From Octopus sinensis (taxonomy: Eukaryota), in assembly GCF_006345805.1 (NCBI RefSeq), contig NC_043002.1:101866001-101930000 (forward strand): 64,000 nucleotides of DNA, in the 5' to 3' direction. This document shows positions 1 to 10,000 of the stretch, piece by piece (the stretch's first letter is position 1; the number at the start of each line of letters is the position of its first letter). The notes beneath the pieces were generated by a model, which saw only the letters and a list, made by a program, of their open reading frames with translations, was not told the origin of the DNA and ran no database searches. The translations under genes were made by a program, and so were the position numbers.

Positions 1-739
1 TTGCGTGTTTTGGCATGAAGAAGATAAAAACGGTGAACACTAATTTTAATAACCTTATAAGAAATATTAACTCAGAGTTACTTATGCAGGAGTTAAAGGA
101 CAGAAGCGATATTAATCATTCTGTTTTGAAATTTCCGTAAAACAATTGGAGGTCGAATTCGAACAGGTTTCATTCAGTGTCAGTTAATAGACGTTGCAAT
201 ATTTGTCAAAAGTGTAATAAGGAAATGAGAAGGTAAACGTAACGATTGAAAACTCTTGTATGTGATCGGCATATCAACGGTTCTTTTTATCAACTTTCAG
301 AGCAAGCATTGATGGAACGATGTGCTGAAGGGACCGTCTAATTCTTCGCTCTGGTGGCGAATTAGCTTGACAGTTGTGTTTTTTTTTTCCATACTCTCTG
401 TGCTATTACGTTGCATATTTTGCCATTGAATCACTTTCAGAAAATTCCGTTACTTATGATTATGACTTCGATTTCAATCCAGACTCTGTCAGTCAATTAT
501 TTCACAGAGACTTTCTAATTGGAGGCAAACATTATGCTAATAATGTTTTGAATGTAACAGGCGAGGATATCTTAAATTGTGGTGCAGTTGATTGGGACCG
601 TGGGTTTAAAAGACATGGCTACTTTGAGTCCACGTGATCAAGAGACTTTCAAATCTCCGCATCGCATATTTTCGTTGCAAACAATGCCTCGGACATACTA
701 CAATCCGTACGGCTTCTCAGCAAGGCCTACCTCACATAA

Positions 740-850
740 CTGCTTCTTCTTCTTCTTCTTGATCGCTTGAGCCAAAGAATGAGATTCTCTACATGTCTGG
801 TCACTCGTCTTGCAAGAAATAAGCAGCGAAATATCCCTCAAATTACATCC
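740..850 (+). mobile_element. Degenerate dispersed repeat (family E), probably a SINE 3' part
   Basis: TGGTCACTCGTCTTGCAAGAAATAAGCAGCGAAATATCCC resembles the reverse complement of ~46450-46490 and, weakly, ~8742-8770. Confidence 0.35.
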
Positions 851-1005
851 AATAATTTTTATATATATAAAATAAAAAATAAACTGTTGAAAATATAAAT
901 CTTTAACTACAAAACAAAAGGAAAGTCAGGTATATCTCAGAAGGGATAACTTGGAAATTAACAGGTATAGTCCATAGGCTGTTTTACTGTCAATTATATG
1001 GGTCA

Positions 1006-1150
1006 AGACAAAGGGATTAAGTCAATTACATCAACCCCAGTGTGTAACTGGTGCTTTATTTATCGACTCCGAAAGGATGAAAAGCAAAGTCGACCTCGGC
1101 GGAATTTGAACTCAGAACGTAATAACAGACGAAATACCTAGGCGAAATAT
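1006..1150 (-). mobile_element. tRNA-derived SINE family A, partial
   Basis: Minus strand reads GTTCTGAGTTCAAATTCCGCCGAGGTCGACTTTGCTTTTCATCCTTTCGGAGTCGATAAATAAAGCACCAG: a B-box followed by a conserved central domain shared with the other family A copies (possibly Meta/MESC-type, unverified). Confidence 0.8.
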
Positions 1151-1185
1151 ATTTTTTTCCAACGTCCTCTTCCGCATATACTCTT

Positions 1186-1389
1186 TTTTACTTGTTTCAG
1201 TCATTTGACTGCGGCCATGCTGGAGCACCGCCTTTAGCCGTACACCTCGACCACGGGACTTATTCTTTTTGTAAGCCCAGTACTTATTCTATCGGTCTCT
1301 TTTTGCCGAACCGCTAGGTGACGGGGACGTAAACGCACCAGCATCGGTTGTCAAGCAATGCTAGGGGAACAAACACAGACACACAAACA

Positions 1390-1452
<63 letters not shown>

Positions 1453-1620
1453 TACGACAGGCTTCTTTCAGTTTCCGTCTACCAAATCCACTCACAAGGC
1501 ATTGGTCGGCCCGAGGCTATAGAATAAGACAGTTGCCCAAGATGCCACGCAGTGGGATTGAACCCGGAACCATGTGGTTGGTTAGCAAGCTACTTAACAC
1601 ACAGCCTCTCCTGCGCCTAT
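1186..1620 (-). mobile_element. tRNA-derived SINE family B, full length, with internal (TA)/(TG) microsatellite
   Basis: Head ATAGGCGCAGGAGAGGCTGTGTG... with A/B-box-like motifs; tail GGCGGTGCTCCAGCATGGCCGCAGTCAAATGACTGAAACAAGTAAAA; many related copies in the window. Confidence 0.9.
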
Positions 1621-2319
1621 GGAAGCATGTAGATAGAATTTTCTCTATGAACTTCTTCAGTAAAACTATGGGAGTCTTATAAGTTTAAGTCGATTCCATC
1701 ACCAATGTATTCAAATCTGTGAAGGGAATGGGTGCAAACTTTGCTCCATCAATTTACCCCTTCACTACGTAGGAGGCTGCATTGTTCATCGGCTCTTAAC
1801 TCTCTCGATCAACAAAATAAAACAAATCAATTGCAAACTTCACACTTTAGGCTCGATTTTTTGCATTTCTGTTGTGATAGTGAAAACTTAAAAAAACCAA
1901 ATTCAATCTGAGTAAAATGGAAAATGTGACAAAAACAACAAATATAACAATAAAATAAAGCATCTACCCCCACCCTACCACCCACTAAAAGCCTCTACCC
2001 ACGAAAAAAAAAAGACACAGATAACAATTACAAAGTAAATAAATGGCCAAACCCCTTCTTAGAATTATATCCTGACAACAATCTTAAGAAAAATAAATAG
2101 TGTGCATCTTATTAAGTAGTCTTCTTTGAGAGATTGTCTGCGAAAGGGATGGTCATGGCAGGTGCATGTTGGATCATTTGTCTCAGTGATGAGGTTAGAC
2201 TCGTGGTTAAGCAACAACATTAAAATTCTCGCAAGACTAGCAAAAATTAGTAAAAGAAACCTTGCATGCAATTTAGTTTCTGGTGCAAAGGATGATGCTA
2301 TTATTAGAAGTGGCAGTAG

Positions 2320-3250
2320 CGGCAGCAGCAGCAACTACGGCAGCAACCATAATTCCGGTAGAAGCAAAACCAGTAGTAGTAGTAACAGCGTCAGCAGTAG
2401 TAGTAGTAGTTAGTAGTAGTAGTGGTAGTAGTAGAAGCTGTAATAGTGGCAGCAGAAGTAATAGTAGTAGTAGTAGTTGTTGTAAATGTAGTAGTAGTAG
2501 TAGTAATAGTAGTAGTAGCATCAGCAGTAGTAGTAGCAGCAGTAGTAGTAGTTGTTGTAATAGTAGTAGTAATAGTAGTAATGGCAGCAGTAGCAGCAGC
2601 AGTAGTAGAAGTAGTAGTTGTAATAGTAGTAGTAGAATCAGCAGTAGTAGTAGTAGTAGTAGTAGTAGTAATGGCAGCAGTAGTAGTAGAAGTAGTAGAT
2701 GTAGTAGTAGTAGTAGTAGTAGCTGTAATAGTAGTAGTAGTAGTAGTGGCAGCAGCAGCAGTAGTAGTAGTAGTAGTTGTAATAGTAGTAGTAGTAGCAG
2801 TAGTAGTAGTTGTAGTAGTAGTAACAGTAGTAGTAGTTGTTATAGTAGTATCAGGAGCAGTAGTAGTAGAAGTAGTAGTAGTAATGGCAGCAGCATTATC
2901 AGTAGTAGTAGAAGTAGTAGTTGTAATAGTAGTAGTTGTAATAGTAGTAGTAGTAGTAATTGCAGCAGTAGTAGTAGTAGTTGTAATGGTAGTAGTAGTA
3001 GTATTAGTTGTAATAGTAGTAGTAGTAGCAGCGGTAATAGTAGTAGTAGCAGTATTAGTTGTAATAGTAGTAGTAGCAGCAGCAGCAACAGCTGTAACCG
3101 CTCCAACTACGGGAGATATAGTAAGAACTGAGAGTAGAATCTGAGATGGTAGTAATAAGAGCATCATCAGCAACAGTAGCAACAACAACACCAGCAGCAG
3201 TAGCAGTCGTTGCTACATTAGCAACAGCTGCAGCAGCAGCAGCAGCAGGA
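2320..3250. repeat. Degenerate (AGT/AGC)n trinucleotide array
   Basis: About 0.9 kb of AGT/AGC triplets punctuated by TGT-AAT and AAT-GGC; produces the poly-Ser, poly-Val and poly-Thr ORFs. Confidence 0.95.
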
Positions 3251-3315
3251 GCAGCCGTGCTAATTTCAGCATCGTAATTAGCGTTGCCTTTCTCACTATT
3301 ATATTCTTTTACAGT

Positions 3316-3700
3316 GGAGGCGCAATGGCCCAGTGGTTAGGGCAGCGGACTCGCGGTCGTAGGATCGCGGTTTCGATTCCCAGACCGGGCGTTGTGAGTG
3401 TTTGTTGAGCGAAAACAGATAAAGTTCCACGAGGCTCCGGCAGGGGATGGGGGTGATCCCTGCTGTAGTCTTTCACCACAACTTTCTCTCACTCTTACTT
3501 CCTGTTTCTGTTGTACCTGTATTTCAAAGGACCGGCCTTGTCACTCTCTGTGTCACGCTGAATATCCCCGAGAACTACGTTAAGGGTACACGTGTCTGTG
3601 GAGTGCTCAGCCACTTGCACGTTAATTTCACGAGCAGGCTGTTCCGTTGATTCGGATCAACCGGAACCCTCATCGTCGTAACCGACGGAGTGCTTCCATC
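3316..3700 (+). mobile_element. tRNA-derived SINE family C (tail type 1)
   Basis: Head GGAGGCGCAATGGCCCAGTGGTTAG (A box) ... GGTTTCGATTCCC (B box), shared with 16621-16936 and 54164-54483. Confidence 0.85.
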
Positions 3701-3729
3701 CATTCTTTTACTCTCTTTTTTTTTTATTC

Positions 3730-4055
3730 TTTTACTTGTTTCAGTCATTTGACTGCGGCCATGCTGGAGCACCGCCTTTAGTCGAGCAAATTGGCCCCGG
3801 GACTTATTCTTTGTAAGCCCAGTACTTATTCTATCGGTCTCTTTTTCCGAACCGCTAAGTGAGGGGGACGTAAACACACCAGCATCGGTTGTCAAGCTTC
3901 TTTCAGTTTCCGTCTACCAAATCCACTCACAAGGCATTGCTCGGCCCGGGGCTATAGCAGAAGACACTTGCCCAAGATGCCACGCAGTGGGACTGAAACC
4001 GCAACCATGTGGTTGGTTAGCAAGCTACTTACCACACAGCCACTCCTGCGCCTAT
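3730..4055 (-). mobile_element. SINE family B with the internal microsatellite module deleted
   Basis: Collinear with 1186-1620 except for the junction GTTGTCAAGC|TTCTTTCAG. Confidence 0.9.
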
Positions 4056-4357
4056 ATGCGTCCGTTTTATTTATATTTCACGTGAATAATTTACTAAGGA
4101 TTATAAATATTTTCGTTCCTTGTTAAAAACGAGGAAAGCATGATATTGAAGGGATTTCATTTGCAAATTTAGCCTGTGGTCACTACTTCGCAGTGCCCGG
4201 GAGGGGATCATTTGTGTACCTGGGTACCTGCATTGGATGTGGTCGCCGTTTCGCATGCTCCCTCCAACGAAGGCTTTCTTAGCCTTTCTTTAAAATTCGC
4301 TTTTATTGAAAGTCAAGATGTTGAGCGAGCGAAGACAGAGATCTGTTGTTCAAAGAC

Positions 4358-5010
4358 AGGCGCAGATACGGATGTGTGGTTCAGAATCTCACTTCGCAAC
4401 CACCTGGATTCAGGTTCAGTCTCACTGCATGGCATCTCGGGCAAAACTCTTCTACTCCCAGGCCGACCAATTCATTGAGAGGAAAACTCGTAAACGGAAG
4501 CTCAGTATACATACAACACACTAAAATCCCAGACTCTGCTACTTCTGCTAATACATAGATACATACACATGCACACACACACACACACAAACACACACAC
4601 ATATATATATACTTGGCACATATATATATACATGGCATATCTCTTTCTCTTTTACTTCTTTCAGTCATTTGACTGCGGCCAATGCTGGAGCACCGCCTTT
4701 AATCGAGCAACTCGACCTCAGGACTTATTCTTTGTAAGCCCAGTACTTATTCTATCGGTCTCTTTTGCCGGTATGCATGTATGGATGCATGCATTTATGT
4801 ATGAATGAACGGGGATGCGTCTTTGTGTCTGAATTTGTTTTCCAACACCACCCAACAACGTCCGGTGTTTGCATCCTTTAACTTAGCAGCTCGGAATCAG
4901 TGACCGATTAAATATGTACCAAATCTAAATTAACTATCCGAATCGATTTGTTCGACACCAATCTTCTAGATGGTGCCCCAGTATGGCCGAATTTAACGAA
5001 TGAAACGCCT
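4358..5010 (+). mobile_element. Old, diverged SINE family B interrupted by a younger inverted family B 3' fragment (~4625-4770)
   Basis: Diverged head CAGGCGCAGATACGGATGTGTGG at 4358 and diverged tail GGTGCCCCAGTATGGCCG near 4975; a well-conserved minus-strand tail lies between them. Confidence 0.6.
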
Positions 5011-5172
5011 AAAATACACAAGATAACTGGCGATGGTTCGTTTCCCGCCTTTACTGATATCTCTAACAGTTGAAGGTTGAATGAAATTATCAAGATGTAA
5101 AACAGTCAAGCGAGTGGCACCGGGAGCGGGTGTCTAGTTAAATAACTTCAACATCAACACTGGTAATATATT

Positions 5173-5772
5173 TATTTACTGCCCACAAGGGGCTAAACAT
5201 AGAGGGGACAAACAAGGACAGACAAAGGGATTAAGTCGGTAACATCAACCCCCAGTGTGAAACTGGTACTTTATTTATCGACTCCGAAAGGATGAAAAGC
5301 AAAGTCGACCTCGACGGAATTTGAACTCAGAACGTAACGACAGACGAAATACCTATTTCGTTACTACCCACAAGGGGCTACACACAGAGAGGACAAACAA
5401 GGACAGACAAACGGATTAAGTCGATTATATCGACCCCCAGTGTGAAACTGGTACTTTATTTATCGACTCTGAAAGGATGAAAAGCAAAGTCGACCTCGGC
5501 GGAATTTGAACTCAGAACGTAATGACAGACGAAATACCTATTTCTTTACTACCCACAAGGGGCTACACACAGAGAGGACAAACAACGACAGACAAAGGGA
5601 TTAAGTCGATTATATCGACCCCAGTGCGTAACTGGTACTTATCTAATCGACTCCGAAAGGATGAAAGGCAAAGTCGACCTCAGCGGAATTTGAACTCAGA
5701 ACGTAACGACAGACGAAATACCGCTAAGCATTTCGCCCGGCGCGCTAACGTTTCTGCCAGCTCACCACCTTA
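5173..5772 (-). mobile_element. SINE family A trimer (one head, three ~182-bp bodies)
   Basis: Single head TAAGGTGGTGAGCTGGCAGAAACGTTAGC followed by three tandem bodies joined at GAAATAGGTATTTC. Confidence 0.9.
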
Positions 5773-5789
5773 TTACCAGCTCTAGCAAC

Positions 5790-6560
5790 GATACCAACGC
5801 TACAATAGTCATAGCAACAATAGCAACAATTATAAGCCGCAGCAATAATAACGACAACCTCAGTAACACGGTAGCAAAACAGCAGTAAGAGAGGCATTAG
5901 CAACGACGCGAGAGACAATAGATAGAGCTGCGAACACAGCAGCAGCAACATGTACATCAAAAGTAACAACAGCAGCAGCAGCAGCAATAACAACAACCTC
6001 AGCAGCACCAAGAAATGTGACGAGATCGGCGGTAAGCAGAAGAGCAGCGTGAACAACGGTGCTTTGCAGCAGCATAAGACTGCATAAGCAGCAGAAGCGA
6101 GAACGAGCACAGCAGCAATAGCAGCAGCAGCAGTAGCCGTAGCAGCAGACACATCAGCAACGGGGGGAAAAAACGTATCAGATGCAGCAAACGGACAAAC
6201 TACTGCAGCAAATATAGCAGCGGAAGTAGCGGAAGTTGCAATGAGAAGCTGCAACTGCAACGACGAAAGAAATTTCAGCAGCAGGGACATGTGTAAGTGT
6301 TGCATAAACAACAACTGCAACAACAACGGTTTTGTTGCAACGGCTGCAATAACGGACAACAGCAAAAATAACAACTGCAACAGCAGCGACAACAACGACT
6401 TCAGATGCAGCAGCTACTGCAACTGTGACGAAAATAACTGCAAAAACGGCCTCAGCAACAAAAGTGCAACAACAACAGGAAGGAAAGCGATAGTAACGAC
6501 AACAACAACAAAAACAAAGTGAAAGTAACGACAACAACAACAAGAACAAAGTGAAAGAAA
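5790..6560. repeat. Cryptic (CAA/GCA)n low-complexity tract
   Basis: Degenerate CAA/GCA/AAC triplets, with a ~32-bp tandem repeat at ~6495-6560. Confidence 0.85.
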
Positions 6561-6779
6561 CTGAGCTCAAAATGGGGCTTCAGAGTGGTGATCCGGTCTG
6601 CTTGAAATAGCAGCCAGGTAATCCTGAAATCATGCCTTATCGAGTTAAGGAGGAAAGGGCATGTTTGATATTGTTGTCCAGGTTTATAGAAGGTGTTGAG
6701 GGTGGGGGGGGGATCATAGGAGTTAGTCACGGACGAACATCGATGATCATCGATGAGAACGAGCACAGCTGGGGAAAAT

Positions 6780-7215
6780 GTATAGGAAGAAAGAAGAGGT
6801 AAAGAAAGAAGACATGAAGGTACAGACACGATGAGCAAGATAAAAAGAAAAGGAAGAAAAAGAAGAGGAGAAAGACATTGAATAGAAAAGGGAAGAAAAT
6901 GACGACGTGGACGACGATGAAAAGAATAAAAAGAGATGGGAAAAAGATGAGGAATAAGAAAACAAAGAGAAAATTAAATGATAAAGAAGAAGGAAAAGAA
7001 AACAAGAAAAGGAACAAAGGAAATGCGGGAAAGGATAAAGAAAAAGGAAGGAAAGAAGAAGAAAAGGAAGAAAATAAAAAAAGAAGAATAAAGATGGAAA
7101 AGGAAAAAAAAATGAATAAAGGTAAAATGGGAAAAAAGATGTAGAAGAAATGCAAAAGATGAGGAAGAGACTGATGTGAAAGAAAAGGAAAGAGGAAGCA
7201 AAATAATTATAATAA
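6780..7215. repeat. Purine-rich (GAA/AAG)-type low-complexity tract
   Basis: Plus strand is almost entirely A/G for >400 bp. Confidence 0.85.
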
Positions 7216-7789
7216 AACAAAAAACTAGGGGCTGCAAGATTTGCCTCCTAATTTTCTGCTGAAATTATCTTGAAGAAAATCAGAGAGAAAATGACAAAGT
7301 TTGAAGAATTCTCAGTAGAAGACACGTGATCCATTCTCTAATTTTGCAGGCAAATAAATATTTGCAGAGGTAATTTACTGTCTTAACTGGCAATTCTAGT
7401 CATTATTGATTAAAATGCATCCGATTACCCCTCTACCACTCTAAACCGTTTTAACAAATCAGATTTAAAGACAAGCGAGTCTCTTTCGAGGTCAGGTTCA
7501 ACTACTGGTAGACAAATTAATTAATTTTAAATGTTATCCTGAATGGAGGTGAATACTAATGATATTCTTATAAATTATATATAAAATGTGGAGGAGGACA
7601 CAGAGGTTGTTTTCATGTCTATATTAGGTGTGAGGAAATAAAGGCATCGTCATTAAGGCAAGATAGTGTTGGTAAAGTAAAGCAAGATTCCCCCCCTCTT
7701 CCTCGGCGTTACTGTGTCCAGTGCTAGGAGCCATACGACCTGGTTTTCTTTGCCTGTAAGTGACCGAAATGAAAACACTTTCTTTGAAC

Positions 7790-7965
7790 AAGACGCCATT
7801 GATCCGCCGCTTTACTCATTTACAGTGGAGTGAACTGGAGGAACGGGAAAATGGAGAGTTTTGCTGAAGGACACAACGCACCACCTCCCCGTTTCCAGGA
7901 ATCAAAATCATGATCTTCCGATTATGGGTAGAACAATCGAACAAGTTGGCCATGGCCCTTCTCAT
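7790..7965 (-). mobile_element. Degenerate CORE-like SINE (family D)
   Basis: Minus strand GCGTTGTGTCCTTCAGCAAAACTCTCC...CTCCAGTTCACTCCACTGTAAATGAGTA follows a decayed tRNA-like head and resembles the CORE-domain layout; related to 21335-21610. Confidence 0.5.
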
Positions 7966-8251
7966 AGGTGTTGATCGTTTAAATCAACTCTGTGCTGGAA
8001 TACTTCTATGGTAGTGGTACGTTGTCAGTGTTCTAGGATTATCAAACCATACTGGTTACAGTTCCTTAAAGAGGGTGTAGTACAGGGTGAGTTCGTTGTG
8101 GTTTGTACTGTATGGATTGAAAGTCGCTGAGAATTACTTTATTCAAGACGGTAGTTAAAGAAAATGGAATCCAGCTGCAAGTATTTTGAGATTTCAGTTG
8201 CACTCGAATCACAAAAATGACAAGCTGTAGAGATTCAATATTTTTTTCTAC

Positions 8252-8385
8252 TCTAGGCACAAGGCCCGAAATTTTTGTGGAAGGGGCCAGTCGATTAGAT
8301 CGACTTCATTACGCAACCGGTACGTAATTTATCGACCCCAAAATGATGAAAGGCAAAGTCGACCTCGGCGGAATTTGAACATAGA
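8252..8385 (-). mobile_element. SINE family A fragment with an alternative 3' end
   Basis: Family A central domain followed by CCACAAAAATTTCGGGCCTTGTGCCTAGAG. Confidence 0.75.
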
Positions 8386-8912
8386 GATTCAATATTACCA
8401 CAGGGTTCATGTAGCAATTGAAGATGGAGCCAGATATCATGGATTGATTCAAGTTTATCTAGAGTTCATGCATTAATTTGATGGTGATACAGACTTTGTA
8501 CAGCTGTTCAGTGTCAATCTATAATTCATATAATTCATGTAAGGATGCAACATTGAAATGGAAGTCGTGTAGTGATTGAAAGTCGACCTCAAATTTATCT
8601 TGTAATTTAATCTTGATTCTGACTTTATTTAGTTATTTAAAGTCAAACCACTGCGCTGGAGTTCGTGTCAAGCTGTCTCTTTGACCTAGAGGTCATGTAA
8701 CGGTTCAAACTCGATCTAAAATTCATGCAGGCAAACTGTTATATAGTCACTCTGACTGCAAGAAATGGCATGTGTGGTTCTTAAATGGCACACTACTGTT
8801 TTAAATCAGTAAAGGGCACATTATGTGGTATAGCGCTATTTATCTTTAAAATAAGGAAGGTTCACGGTTGGAATGACTTGCTTGATCAGGAATTTTATGA
8901 TTTAAACTTCAG

Positions 8913-8956
<44 letters not shown>

Positions 8957-9148
8957 TCTTACGTTATTTCACGCTACGGTCGCCTGTTTCTGTACGAGAA
9001 CTTGAGTACTTCAAAACAGGAAAAAAAAAGAAAAAACATTTGGAGCTGGCTTCTGAATAAACTGTTCAACGTTTCAACATTAAACATTAAAATATATTTC
9101 ACATAGAATTATAAACGCTGTGAGTTCAATCATAATAATAATAATAAT

Positions 9149-9199
<51 letters not shown>

Positions 9200-9202
<3 letters not shown>

Positions 9203-9610
9203 GGCGCAGGAGTGGCTGTGTGGTAAGTAGCTTGCTAACCAACCACATGTTTCCGGGTTCAGTCCCACTGCGTGGCATCTTGGCAAGTGTCTTCTGCCGA
9301 AAGTGTCTTGGCAGGTGTCTTCTGACCAAAGCCTTGTGAGTGGATTTGATAGACGGAAACTGAATGAAGCCTGTCGTGTATATATGTATATATGTATGCG
9401 TGTGTGTTTGCGTGTCAGTGTTTGTCCCCCTAGCATTGCTTGGCAACCGATGCTGGTGTGTTTACGTCCCCGTCACCTAGCGGTTCGGCAAAAGAGACCG
9501 ATAGAATAAGTACTGGGCTCACAAAGAATACGTCCCGGGGTCGATTTGCTCGACTAAATGGCGGTGTTCCAGCATGGCCGCAGTCAAATGACTGAAACAA
9601 GTAAAAGAGT
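9200..9610 (+). mobile_element. SINE family B, full length
   Basis: Runs from TAGGCGCAGGAGTGGCTGTGTGG to GACTGAAACAAGTAAAAGAG. Confidence 0.9.
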
Positions 9611-9631
9611 AAATATATATATATATATATA

Positions 9632-9664
<33 letters not shown>

Positions 9665-9699
9665 GCATATATAATTACACACACACACACGCGCGCGAT

Positions 9700-9860
9700 G
9701 GAGTTGAAAACAGTTTCCGTCAATCAAGTTCACCCACAAGGCAATTTTCTGCCTGGGGTTATAATAGAAGACGGTTGCTCTGGGACCACGCAGTGGAACT
9801 GACCCACAAACCACCTGTTTGCAAAGCAAGCGTCTCCTCCCCTCGCAGTCATGCCTACGC
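9700..9860 (-). mobile_element. Diverged SINE family B 5' fragment
   Basis: CAGTTTCCGTC...CACGCAGTGGAACTGACCC matches the family B head region. Confidence 0.6.
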
Positions 9861-9904
9861 CTGTCTGTGTGTCTAGATTAGATTTTTGCAGGGGTTAATC
9901 AACA

Positions 9905-9942
9905 AGAACAAAAACATCTACAACAACAACAACAACAACAGC

Positions 9943-9989
<47 letters not shown>

Positions 9990-10000
9990 CCACCACCAGG
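9905..10000. repeat. (CAA)n microsatellite
   Basis: Near-perfect CAA run. Confidence 0.95.

Noticed and set aside
2126-3191. Long Ser-, Val-, Thr- and Leu-rich ORFs
   Set aside because: They are open only because AGT/ACT triplet repeats lack stops in several frames; no domain or splice support
3316-3390. tRNA gene (Arg/Ala-like)
   Set aside because: A and B boxes are present, but the T-stem and acceptor stem do not pair, and the sequence continues into a SINE body in all three copies
5173-5772. CRISPR-like repeat-spacer array
   Set aside because: Units are ~182-bp homologous SINE bodies with no unique spacers; eukaryotic context and no cas genes
5163-5779. 9-bp repeat CTGGTAATA / TATTACCAG around the SINE trimer as a TSD or TIR
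   Set aside because: It is inverted rather than direct, and partly overlaps the element ends; probably chance
6727-7237. Phe/Leu-rich 'membrane protein' and Lys/Glu-rich ORFs
   Set aside because: Translations of a purine/pyrimidine low-complexity tract
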